A model generated the notes under the pieces. The model searched no databases and was not told the origin of the DNA. It was given only the letters and a program-made list of their open reading frames with translations. From assembly GCA_041665845.1 (NCBI GenBank), contig JBAYIC010000001.1, forward strand, positions 137,531 through 201,530: 64,000 nt of DNA, in the 5' to 3' direction. Positions 18,008 to 26,197 of the stretch are shown one piece after another; position 1 is the stretch's first letter, and every line of letters begins with the position of its first letter. Made by a program: the position numbers and the translations under genes. The stretch is from Patescibacteria group bacterium. GTDB lineage: Bacteria > Patescibacteriota > Patescibacteriia > Patescibacteriales > UBA12465.

Positions 18008-18409
18008 ATGGAAAATGAATTAACAAAAGCATCCTTCGTTTATATGACTCAAGATGATAAAGTTTTGCTTTTACAAGAAAGTGGGCGGCTTTCAAGAGGC
18101 CGTTGGTCTTTTCCGGGTGGGCATGTCGAACCAGGAGAAAGTTTTGAACAAGGAGCGATTCGGGAAGCTTTTGAGGAAAGCGGATATCAAGTTAAACTAG
18201 ATAAAATAATATACCACAAAATAATTCCCAATACGGAATATTTAGGAAATTCAAGAGATACCGATGGAGTAGAGCTCACTATCTTTGCCGGAACCATAAT
18301 CGGCGGAGCAATGCAAATAGATAATGAAGCCTTAGATTTACAATGGTTTAATAAAAAAGATGCTCTCACCCTTCCCCTTCGTTGGGAATTTCTAAAAGAC
18401 TTGATATAA
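18008..18409 (+). CDS. Nudix hydrolase
   Basis: Nudix box GGHVEPGESFEQGAIREAFEESG. Confidence 0.9.
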   Translation: MENELTKASFVYMTQDDKVLLLQESGRLSRGRWSFPGGHVEPGESFEQGAIREAFEESGYQVKLDKIIYHKIIPNTEYLGNSRDTDGVELTIFAGTIIGGAMQIDNEALDLQWFNKKDALTLPLRWEFLKDLI

Positions 18410-18430
18410 AATTAAACATTTTCTATAAGA

Positions 18431-18464
18431 AAAAAGATACTTGAATTCAAGCATCCTTTTTTTG
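18431..18464. terminator. Bidirectional intrinsic terminator between convergent genes
   Basis: GATACTTGA/TCAAGCATC hairpin with one mismatch, flanked by A6 and T7 runs. Confidence 0.7.
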
Positions 18465-18471
18465 TTTGTCC

Positions 18472-19962
18472 TTATTTACTCTTCTGCAAAACTTTAACTA
18501 AACCCCTATCAGCATCAACTTCCACCAAATCTCCATCTTTAAAATTGGTCATCGCGTTTTTCAGGGCTATGACGCAAGGGATTCCAAATTCCCGAGAAAC
18601 AACCGCCGCGTGGCAAGTTAAGCCGCCAACCTCAGTAATAATAGCCGCCGCCCGTTTCATGGCTGGTAAATAATCAACTGTAGTTGCATAGCTCACTAAA
18701 ATATCACCAGCTTTAACTTTATCATTATAATCGGGAGATGGGATAATTCTAATTGTCCCCTTTGCCTTCCCTGAGCTAGCACAAATTCCTTGAATTTCAT
18801 CATTTCCCTGGGCATTGCTAGAATTTTTTTCAATATATTTAAACATCTTGGCTGCTTCTGACCCCGAAAAGATAAATCGTTTAGACATTTCTCTATTAAA
18901 ACCAAAGCCTCTTACTTTACCAAAAGAATTTAATATTTTATTAATATCTTTTTTACCATTTAAACAATCTTCTAATTCATCTTCAAACAACATTCTAACT
19001 TGATTAACCGAAACGCTTAATCTTTTTGCAATTTCTTTATGAAGTGGTAAAAGATAAAATCCGGAAAAACTTACAAAATACTCCGCTTCATTGCGGCCAT
19101 CCAGCGCTAAACCAAAATCAATAAACTTCTGTAAATCTTGAGCCTTAATCTTATATCTAACAACAAGGTGAGCAATCTCATTATTCCTATTTCTTTTATA
19201 ATCTTTTAGTTTAAGATAATCCTTTTCTAGTTTTTGTAAATTATTTTTCAGTACAACCGTTAACTCTTTTTGATAATAAATATCGTCCCAAGGTATTCCA
19301 TAGCAAAAAACCGGCATCCAACCAAATTTTTTTGCTAACACTTTACTAGCTTTTTCCAAACTAGTCTTTTTATTTTTTATATCTATCGCTTTTCTAAGAA
19401 TAAATCTTTTTTCTGATAAAGTTGTAGAAATTGCTTCCGGCTTAGTAAGCGCAAAAAGTACTTCATTATACGCAGGTGATTTTTTTACTAAATTAAGTTT
19501 ATTTACTAAAATCTCTTCCGCTAAAGATAATAAAAAATCTTCACCAATAAAACCAAACTGATCAAAAATAGTAACTTTTCTTACCCAATCTCTAATAAAT
19601 AAAAATCGATTAGCTAACTGCTTATTAGATAATTTAGAGTATTGTAATTTTGAATCAGAAGTAATCGCTAGTTGAGCGGATTTTTTAAGAGTATAAAAGA
19701 ATTGAAGTTTTTTCTCCAAAGCCTGATAGTTTTTTTTATTTATTCCAATAATCCGTCGCTTTAAATTTTCAAATAAGTCTTTAGCTAAATAGCCATGAAA
19801 TAAACCGTCGGAACATAAATACAATCCGCCCTTATAAATGCCGAAGTATTTTTTAAAATAATCCGATGATTTATTACCAAACCAAGTTTCACCGTCAAGT
19901 GGCAATAAAGCCCATTTTCCGACTTTTACGACTTTTGTTTTATAATAATGTTTTCCATTCAT
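18472..19962 (-). CDS. Protein with a C-terminal PEP-utilizing-enzyme mobile (phosphohistidine swivel) domain and an unrecognised ~400-aa N-terminal region
   Basis: The C-terminus reads GDILVSYATTVDYLPAMKRAAAIITEVGGLTCHAAVVSREFGIPCVIA, where TCH holds the phospho-accepting His. No ATP-grasp/PPDK_N motifs were recognised. Confidence 0.8.
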   Translation of the reverse strand: MNGKHYYKTKVVKVGKWALLPLDGETWFGNKSSDYFKKYFGIYKGGLYLCSDGLFHGYLAKDLFENLKRRIIGINKKNYQALEKKLQFFYTLKKSAQLAITSDSKLQYSKLSNKQLANRFLFIRDWVRKVTIFDQFGFIGEDFLLSLAEEILVNKLNLVKKSPAYNEVLFALTKPEAISTTLSEKRFILRKAIDIKNKKTSLEKASKVLAKKFGWMPVFCYGIPWDDIYYQKELTVVLKNNLQKLEKDYLKLKDYKRNRNNEIAHLVVRYKIKAQDLQKFIDFGLALDGRNEAEYFVSFSGFYLLPLHKEIAKRLSVSVNQVRMLFEDELEDCLNGKKDINKILNSFGKVRGFGFNREMSKRFIFSGSEAAKMFKYIEKNSSNAQGNDEIQGICASSGKAKGTIRIIPSPDYNDKVKAGDILVSYATTVDYLPAMKRAAAIITEVGGLTCHAAVVSREFGIPCVIALKNAMTNFKDGDLVEVDADRGLVKVLQKSK

Positions 19963-20059
19963 AATTTAATAATATCGTATAACAAAAATAAAGAAAAGAA
20001 AATATATGATTTCGACAATCAAAATAGGATATGATATAATCTAAAAATAATAATATAAT

Positions 20060-21589
20060 ATGACAAACAAACTTTTATCAATTTTTTTGTTAATCTTCGG
20101 CATAAATCTACTAATAGTGACCGCCGCTAAAGCCGACCTTGAGATTTATGACATTAAAATGGAACCTATTCAAGAAGGTGCAGTAAGAATTGTCTGGTCA
20201 ACTAACGAATCCAGTACTGGATATGTCTTTTTCGGTAAAACTCAAGAGAATCTACCTTTATATGTTGGCGATGTAACTCTTAGTCGCCTACACTCCGCTG
20301 ATTTAACTGGCCTCAGAAAAGGCCAGGATTGTTATTATAAAATTACGGCAACCGGCCAAAATGGAGATCAGGCTGAATCCTTTGTAAATTATATTGATAC
20401 CAGCAAAATGTTAGATACCCATGGGGCAGTAATTTCTAATATTAAAAAACTACAAATTATCGATACTGCTTTTGCCCTTTCTTTTTCAACTGACGAACTA
20501 GTGAAAGCTAGCGTAAAATATGGTACCGCTGCGAATGCTTTGAGTAAAACTTGGAGCAATAGCAGTTTTAAACAGGAACACACAGCGATTATCTCTGGTT
20601 TAAAAACTAATACTCGTTATTTTTTTGAAATTTCAGTAAAAGATAAAGATAATAATATTTCGACTAATACTGGCGATGTTACCACTACCAACCAAAAATA
20701 TAATGAAATAAAAATAAGTAATCTCGTCCCAATCGGAACAAACCAAACGGCGATAATGCCGGAAGCCGCAACTATAACTTGGAATAGTAATGTTTTAGCG
20801 ACGGCCGATATTTCTTATGGAGTTTCTCCTAAAAGCTTAAATAAAACAGTTAAAATTACGACTACCGCAAGTTTAAGCCATAAAGCTAGTTTAAGTAAAT
20901 TGGAATCAAATACAACCTATTACTATAAAATTAAGATGAAAAGCGATTTAAACAAAAAGAGTTTTGAAAGCCAAATATATTCTTTTAAAACCGCGGCGAT
21001 GAATAGCGAATATCTCAAGCTTTATTTTAATAATGGCGATTTAGTAAAATTCAAATCTATTACTTATTTAATATATAATAATACCAAGACTCCTATAAAC
21101 AATAGTGAAAAAGTAAAAAGCATTTCGTTAACACCCGCTAAGGCTATCGAGGAAAAATATTTTAAACAATACAAAGATAGTCTACCTTATTATGGAATAT
21201 TCCATGATGGGCAACTTGTTAAAGAAGCAAAAGGTAGTACAGTTTATTTAATCGATGGGAAATATAAAAGACCGATTGCAAAATGGGAACTTGTAAAGGC
21301 TCTAAATTATACCAGTAAAGATATAGCTATAGCTAGCAAGACTCAATTAAACGCTTATAAAAATGGAACTATTATTAAAGCGGCCAAAGAAGTAACAAAT
21401 AATATCGCTTTAAATAATAAACTAGTTAAATCAACTAGCGGATCTGCTGTTTATCTAGTTGCTAACGGATTAAAAATGGTTTTTCCCAACCAAGAAACAT
21501 TTTTGAAGTATGGTTATAGTTTTTCAGAAATAAAAACAATTACCGATAAAGAATTAAAAAATATAAAAGACGGGCAAGTAATAATCTAG
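20060..21589 (+). CDS. Secreted protein with three FN3-like/purple-acid-phosphatase-N-like domains and C-terminal repeat modules
   Basis: Signal peptide present. There are three W-x-T/S...Y-G domains (VRIVWSTNESSTGYVFFG, ALSFSTDELVKASVKYGT, ATITWNSNVLATADISYG). The C-terminal modules STVYLIDGKYKRPIAKWELVKALNY and SAVYLVANGLKMVFPNQETFLKYGY are related to those in 12274-13818. Confidence 0.8.
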   Translation: MTNKLLSIFLLIFGINLLIVTAAKADLEIYDIKMEPIQEGAVRIVWSTNESSTGYVFFGKTQENLPLYVGDVTLSRLHSADLTGLRKGQDCYYKITATGQNGDQAESFVNYIDTSKMLDTHGAVISNIKKLQIIDTAFALSFSTDELVKASVKYGTAANALSKTWSNSSFKQEHTAIISGLKTNTRYFFEISVKDKDNNISTNTGDVTTTNQKYNEIKISNLVPIGTNQTAIMPEAATITWNSNVLATADISYGVSPKSLNKTVKITTTASLSHKASLSKLESNTTYYYKIKMKSDLNKKSFESQIYSFKTAAMNSEYLKLYFNNGDLVKFKSITYLIYNNTKTPINNSEKVKSISLTPAKAIEEKYFKQYKDSLPYYGIFHDGQLVKEAKGSTVYLIDGKYKRPIAKWELVKALNYTSKDIAIASKTQLNAYKNGTIIKAAKEVTNNIALNNKLVKSTSGSAVYLVANGLKMVFPNQETFLKYGYSFSEIKTITDKELKNIKDGQVII

Positions 21590-21708
21590 TTCTAAACCGA
21601 GATTGAAGCAATAAAGACCATAAAGATAATAAAGGGCTTGTCAAAATAAAAATCTTTTGTTATTATCAAAAACATAAAATATATAGCTTCATAAGCTAGT
21701 ATTTGTTT

Positions 21709-21781
21709 GCGCCTATAGCTCAGCTGGTAGAGCAGATCCCTTTTAAGGATAAGGTCGCAGGTTCGAGCCCTGCTGGGCGCA
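21709..21781 (+). tRNA. tRNA-Lys (anticodon TTT), no encoded CCA
   Basis: The acceptor stem is GCGCCTA/TGGGCGC. The anticodon loop is CTTTTAA. The T arm is GCAGG-TTCGAGC-CCTGC. An upstream TTGTCA-N17-TATTAT promoter lies at 21648-21676. Confidence 0.9.
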
Positions 21782-21789
21782 CAAGCAAC

Positions 21790-21816
21790 AAAAAAGACTC
21801 CTGAGGAGTCTTTTTT
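21790..21816 (+). terminator. Intrinsic terminator after tRNA-Lys
   Basis: AAAAAAGACTC-CTGAG-GAGTCTTTTTT. Confidence 0.85.
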
Positions 21817-21835
21817 GTTTATGGATTAGAATGGA

Positions 21836-21995
21836 TTAGACATGACTTAAAAAAGCAATTAAAAGCCAAAGTAGGCCACCAACAACAATCGCAACTCCGC
21901 TCTTATTAATAATGCGTCTTATGCTCTAGAGCAATAAAAGCATAACCCGGAATAAAGATCGCGGAAAAAATTAAAAACAACATGTTAGTGTCCAT
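21836..21995 (-). pseudogene. Frameshifted, truncated N-terminal remnant of an NhaD/ArsB-type ion transporter gene
   Basis: The minus strand reads MDTNMLFLIFSAIFIPGYAFIALEHKTHY and then a stop. After a 1-nt frame change it continues INKSGVAIVVGGLLWLLIAFLSHV and stops again. Joined together, the two pieces read as a continuous hydrophobic transporter-like N-terminal segment. Confidence 0.5.
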
Positions 21996-22099
21996 AAATT
22001 TTTTTAAGTTTATAAAAAGTGTCCTTATAAATAACTAACAGAAAGCATAAACGGCTTATCCTAAAAAATCAAGACTCTTAAAAAATAAGCTGGTATCTC

Positions 22100-23260
22100 T
22101 TAGCCAACCCAAGCCCCAACAGAAAATAGATAAACATTAAAAACAAAGAAAACAAAAAACAAAGCTAAAATACTATAAAAAAGCCAATTAATCTTTTTTG
22201 TCGCAATAGCTAAAAATATAAAAATTGGAAAAACAACAACCACATAACGATTAACGGAAACCATCGGGTACATACAGGAAAAAAGTAAAGTATTCAACAG
22301 ACAAAACACTGCGTATGGCCAGTGCTTTTTCATTATCCAATAAATTGCTGTTATAAGAAGAACCAAAAAACTTCCACCTTCGATAATAACTATTCTTAAA
22401 AAATTATATAAACCAGTTTGACTGATCGGATCAATAAAAATAATTTTATAAAAATGATATAACGTAGCGCCAGGCCACATAAATGTCCGCCACTCAGCCC
22501 AGCCCTTTTGTCCGCTGACAAAGGCTAAAAAATCACCAAATTTAAAATAACTAAAAAAACAATATGTTAAAAGCCCAGCTGGAATTATTAGAGAATACCA
22601 AAATTCTTTCTTTTTAATAAAATTAATAATTTGTTTGCCCACCTCTCTATCATTAGTAGAGTAAAAAGATATAAAAATATAAACTAAATAAACTGGCCAT
22701 AAAAAAATACCAACATTTCTAGTCAAAGTGGCAAAGAAGCCAATAATAACCACTGCTAACCATTGTCTTTTTTGAGCATAATAGAAAAAGGTAACCAGAA
22801 GAGCTAAAAATAATGATTCCGTATAGATGAGGGGGAAAAACATGGCCGCAGGGAAAAATAGCATAAGTAATAAACTTCTATGGGATATTTCTTGATTATT
22901 ATCTTTTTTTATTAATTTGCTTAAATAATACAAAGCTATGGAGAGTGACAAAAAGCTAACAAAAAATCCAGAAAAAACAGGAGAAAAAAATATTGAAATC
23001 CCTGCTACTAACAATGGATAAAGGGGAAAAAGAACTGATGGACCACTATAACCCTTTAAAATGACATCTAAATAATGCAAGGAGTCCCATCGAATCAATA
23101 AGTAAAAAGGGTTGGTTTTTTGAGACCAAGCTAAAGAACTAGGGTTATAGTAGTTAAATAGAAAAACAATTAATAAGATCAACAAAAAATATAAACCACT
23201 AAGACCAAGAAACGGAGAAAACTTTTTAAACCAATGTAAAAATATTTTTGCTTGCAACAT
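22100..23260 (-). CDS. Polytopic GT-C-type glycosyltransferase (PIG-V/mannosyltransferase-like)
   Basis: About 11 TM helices. The early loop motif RWDSLHYLDVILKGY resembles the WD..WY..IA..GY motif of PIG-V-like mannosyltransferases. Confidence 0.6.
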   Translation of the reverse strand: MLQAKIFLHWFKKFSPFLGLSGLYFLLILLIVFLFNYYNPSSLAWSQKTNPFYLLIRWDSLHYLDVILKGYSGPSVLFPLYPLLVAGISIFFSPVFSGFFVSFLSLSIALYYLSKLIKKDNNQEISHRSLLLMLFFPAAMFFPLIYTESLFLALLVTFFYYAQKRQWLAVVIIGFFATLTRNVGIFLWPVYLVYIFISFYSTNDREVGKQIINFIKKKEFWYSLIIPAGLLTYCFFSYFKFGDFLAFVSGQKGWAEWRTFMWPGATLYHFYKIIFIDPISQTGLYNFLRIVIIEGGSFLVLLITAIYWIMKKHWPYAVFCLLNTLLFSCMYPMVSVNRYVVVVFPIFIFLAIATKKINWLFYSILALFFVFFVFNVYLFSVGAWVG

Positions 23261-23277
23261 AATCTAAATTTAACAAA

Positions 23278-23934
23278 TTATAATTTTAAGTAATTCCCTT
23301 CGCTAATAACCGTAACCGTTCCGTCAACGACTTTGAGGGCTGACTCATCATCCAGACCATAGACAGTCTTTTTAGTTTCTTCAGCTATTTTCTTTAAAGT
23401 TTCCTCTCTAGAATGTAAATGCTTCGGAGAATTAAAATGAGGATAAATATAAAAATCAACAAAGTTTAAAGCGGTTTCATCTGTATAACTAAAATTCTCT
23501 TCATAATATTTCTTTTTATCTTCACTTGTATAAGCTATACTTGGATTCGTTACAATACTTCCGGCACTGATTCCAGCATACACTCTAGTTTTTAATAAGC
23601 CAGGTAATAATTCAGATAAACCTGATTTTTGTAGCCAATACATTAAATGATAATTATTCCCTCCCGAGAAGAATAAAACATCTCCATTTTCTAGTTTTGG
23701 TAACCAAACTTCTTTCGGGAGCGCGGAAATATCGACAATATCAATAAATTTAAATCCTTGTTTTTTAATATTACAAAGGTCATTTATAAACCAGTCTTTA
23801 CTCCCTCTAGCAACATTCATGGCGGTCGGGATAAAAACAATTACAGTTTCCGACGCGGGTTTTCCTGTTAATTCAAATAAAGCATTGGCGATTGATTGAT
23901 TCGAAAGACCATTGGAAGTTAATAATAATTTCAT
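23278..23934 (-). CDS. Peptidase S51 (dipeptidase E-like) / type 1 glutamine amidotransferase-like protein
   Basis: MKLLLTSNGL, FIPTA, FFSGGN and the nucleophile segment YAGISAGS. Confidence 0.8.
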   Translation of the reverse strand: MKLLLTSNGLSNQSIANALFELTGKPASETVIVFIPTAMNVARGSKDWFINDLCNIKKQGFKFIDIVDISALPKEVWLPKLENGDVLFFSGGNNYHLMYWLQKSGLSELLPGLLKTRVYAGISAGSIVTNPSIAYTSEDKKKYYEENFSYTDETALNFVDFYIYPHFNSPKHLHSREETLKKIAEETKKTVYGLDDESALKVVDGTVTVISEGNYLKL

Positions 23935-23984
23935 AAAGTTAGTTAAATAAATTTATAGCCTCATGATTAATATGAACGCTGTGT

Positions 23985-24251
23985 TTAAGAAGAATATAAT
24001 TGACTATGTGTGCCAATAGCTACAAAATAAATAATTTGACCGCCATCTATTTCTTCAAAAATAGCTCGCCAATCACCATTAATATTAATGCTTCGATAAT
24101 TCCTTAATTCGCCAATCAACGGATGATTATTCAGCATGGAATTATATTGGTAATTAATGAAAATCTCTAATCTTGATTTAAAATTAATTTTTACATTGAC
24201 TGGACATTTTTTGAATTCTTTAATAAATTTTTTGGAATATTCAATCTGCAT
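23985..24251 (-). CDS. Type II toxin, RelE/YafQ family mRNA interferase
   Basis: 88 aa. HPLIGELRNYRSININGDWRAIF...IGTHSQLY is typical of the RelE/ParE superfamily. It lies immediately downstream of the antitoxin. Confidence 0.85.
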   Translation of the reverse strand: MQIEYSKKFIKEFKKCPVNVKINFKSRLEIFINYQYNSMLNNHPLIGELRNYRSININGDWRAIFEEIDGGQIIYFVAIGTHSQLYSS

Positions 24252-24254
24252 ATG

Positions 24255-24530
24255 TTATTTATTGTCCAAAAAACTGATAGCGGCCTGACTATTTTTAAAG
24301 GAATGAAAATTGCCTGCCTTTCTTTCAGCTCTTGATTCTTTGATGGAAGACAATAAATAATCACTCGGAGTATCCTCATTTAAAGTAAACGTAACCGCTT
24401 TATTGCGAATAAGTTGTTTTAAGAATCCATTAATTACTCCACTCAAACTTAAGCCTAAATCAGCGGCTATTTTTTGAGCTTCCTTTTTTACTTTAATATC
24501 TGTTTTTATATTGATAACTGTTGAGTTCAT
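24255..24530 (-). CDS. Type II antitoxin, RelB/DinJ family
   Basis: 91 aa with an N-terminal ribbon-helix-helix-like segment INIKTDIKVKKEAQKIAADLGLSLSGVINGFLKQ. Confidence 0.85.
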   Translation of the reverse strand: MNSTVINIKTDIKVKKEAQKIAADLGLSLSGVINGFLKQLIRNKAVTFTLNEDTPSDYLLSSIKESRAERKAGNFHSFKNSQAAISFLDNK

Positions 24531-24572
24531 ATTTTTATTATTTATAAATTAATATATACATTGTATACACTT

Positions 24573-24601
24573 AGTATATACTATACTAGGAACCTTGTCA
24601 A
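24573..24601 (-). promoter_or_regulatory. Promoter of the toxin-antitoxin operon with overlapping palindromic operator candidates
   Basis: The minus strand has TTGACA-N17-TATACT. The 10-bp palindrome AGTATATACT overlaps the -10 box. The 8-bp palindrome TGTATACA lies just downstream. Confidence 0.65.
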
Positions 24602-24675
24602 TATATATTAATTAAATTTTAGGGTACCGTTGCTTTGTTTATATAGCGAGGAGGGCGGGACGCACTGAGAGGCGC

Positions 24676-25272
24676 TTATTGTTCAATAACAACAAAATCG
24701 CCTTCCTCTAAAGCATAAATTGGCAAAGATTCATTTCCACACTCCTTTAATTCTTTATAGGCCCTTTCCCAATCTATTGGTCCCCTGGGGTCATCTTGTC
24801 CATATGATGATTTATAATGGGGAATAAACTTAATTGGCAATATTCCTAGGCCATCCATAATCAGGCGCCAATCACAAGTCCAAAATTGCTTAACTAAGAC
24901 ATCCGAACCAGCAGAACTACCAGCAACGATTTTACCTTCCCAAATTTCTGGCAAATTATACTGTTTTAGCCAGGACAATAGTAGTTTGTCGTCTCCACCG
25001 TGTATTATAATGGCGTCATTATTTTTTATTTGGTCAATAAATTTATCAGGATATGCTAATTCAAACTTTGGCTTAATATCCCTATCCATTGATTCTAAAA
25101 AATTCTTTGTGTAGTTAGCAAATTTTTCTTCCCAATACTCACGAGCGGCTGCAAAATGACAAAATAAAATACTGGGTTCTTTGCCCAGGCCCTTCACTAT
25201 TTCCTTATTAAATTTACCAGCCTTCTCTTGATTATTTTTTAATCCCCCAGAATTAAGTATATATTTTGTCAT
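24676..25272 (-). CDS. Peptidase S51-like / type 1 glutamine amidotransferase-like protein (second paralogue)
   Basis: IIIHGGDDKLLLSWL and VAGSSAGSDVL. The architecture parallels that of 23278-23934. Confidence 0.7.
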   Translation of the reverse strand: MTKYILNSGGLKNNQEKAGKFNKEIVKGLGKEPSILFCHFAAAREYWEEKFANYTKNFLESMDRDIKPKFELAYPDKFIDQIKNNDAIIIHGGDDKLLLSWLKQYNLPEIWEGKIVAGSSAGSDVLVKQFWTCDWRLIMDGLGILPIKFIPHYKSSYGQDDPRGPIDWERAYKELKECGNESLPIYALEEGDFVVIEQ

Positions 25273-25307
25273 AAATATTAATATAGATGAAAATAAATTA
25301 ATAATGG

Positions 25308-25781
25308 TTACAATTCTATATATATGCTATTTTTGTTTTCAATTTTCTCGGTATAAAAAGACAGCCAACGCTTTTGTTTTTCGTTCAGCAAAATACTCGC
25401 TTCAGAAATTTCTACGAATCGGAATTCACTATGTTCATTCCTGTCCAATATAATCTTATCAACTTCATTTGCCTCCAGATTTCCGCTATAAAAAACAAAT
25501 TGCAGAGTCTCCGGTTTTATTCCTTGAACTGGAGTATAGCCGACACCGACTAAAGTTATATTTTTAAAATCCAGACCCACTTCTTCTTTTACTTCTCGTA
25601 TAGCCGCCATCTTCGGAGATTCGTCAGTATCAACACCGCCACCAGGAATTGACCACCCCTCTTTATAAGTAGGTTTTACTATTAGTAATTTTTTATTTTT
25701 ATTAAAAATAAGAACGCAGGCTCCAATATGTTTCTTCGGAAGATTGCCATAATATTCTTCATCAGATATTAATTTTTGCAT
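25308..25781 (-). CDS. Nudix hydrolase
   Basis: Nudix box GGGVDTDESPKMAAIREVKEEVGL. Confidence 0.9.
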   Translation of the reverse strand: MQKLISDEEYYGNLPKKHIGACVLIFNKNKKLLIVKPTYKEGWSIPGGGVDTDESPKMAAIREVKEEVGLDFKNITLVGVGYTPVQGIKPETLQFVFYSGNLEANEVDKIILDRNEHSEFRFVEISEASILLNEKQKRWLSFYTEKIENKNSIYIEL

Positions 25782-25794
25782 AATATTGAAGATA

Positions 25795-26190
25795 TTAATT
25801 TTTATTTATCCTGTCAAAATGTTCGCTGCCATCAGGATATATTTCAAGATAATCTTGAAGTAATTCCTCTTCCTTAAATATAGCCCTTTTTGCCGTCATT
25901 ATCATATCTTCATCTTGCGTAACGTTGGCTATATTGCCAGCACCATGATTTAGGATTCTTATGGCATCAAAAGCAACATGCCATCTATTTGTTTTCTTAT
26001 TGAAATATCCATAATACATTACTTCTCTTTTTTCACTCGGAGCTAAACTCTCAAATTCTTCTGGTGTTATATCAGTATCTAATAATGGACTTGGGGTATA
26101 GATTAAATCTCCACTCTTTATATCTTGTCCAGCGAAAAGACCAATGCCATGAGTTTTGGAAGATTGGATTTTATAAGCAATATGCATCAT
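25795..26190 (-). CDS. Minimal SET-domain protein (putative protein-lysine methyltransferase)
   Basis: HGIGLFAGQDIKSGDLI matches the GxG motif. RILNHGAGNIANV sits at the NHSCxPN position. EELLQDY matches the ELxxDY motif. Confidence 0.75.
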   Translation of the reverse strand: MMHIAYKIQSSKTHGIGLFAGQDIKSGDLIYTPSPLLDTDITPEEFESLAPSEKREVMYYGYFNKKTNRWHVAFDAIRILNHGAGNIANVTQDEDMIMTAKRAIFKEEELLQDYLEIYPDGSEHFDRINKN

Positions 26191-26197
26191 AATTTTA

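Noticed and set aside
21821-21840. ATGGATTAGA tandem duplication considered as a possible CRISPR or repeat array
   Set aside because: There are only two 10-bp copies and no spacers. No CRISPR-like array exists anywhere in the window.
24191-24379. 62-aa ORF spanning the toxin/antitoxin junction
   Set aside because: It is out of frame with both members of the well-formed DinJ/RelE pair and has no independent support.
24640-24675. A GC-rich patch, GAGGAGGGCGGGACGCACTGAGAGGCGC, shares the 9-mer AGGGCGGGA with another intergenic GC-rich patch at about 38128-38145. It was considered as a repeated regulatory motif.
   Set aside because: Only a 9-nt match exists, and the two contexts differ. One lies downstream of a gene and the other in a divergent promoter region. 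I could not fold either into a convincing hairpin. The evidence is insufficient without a genome-wide motif search.
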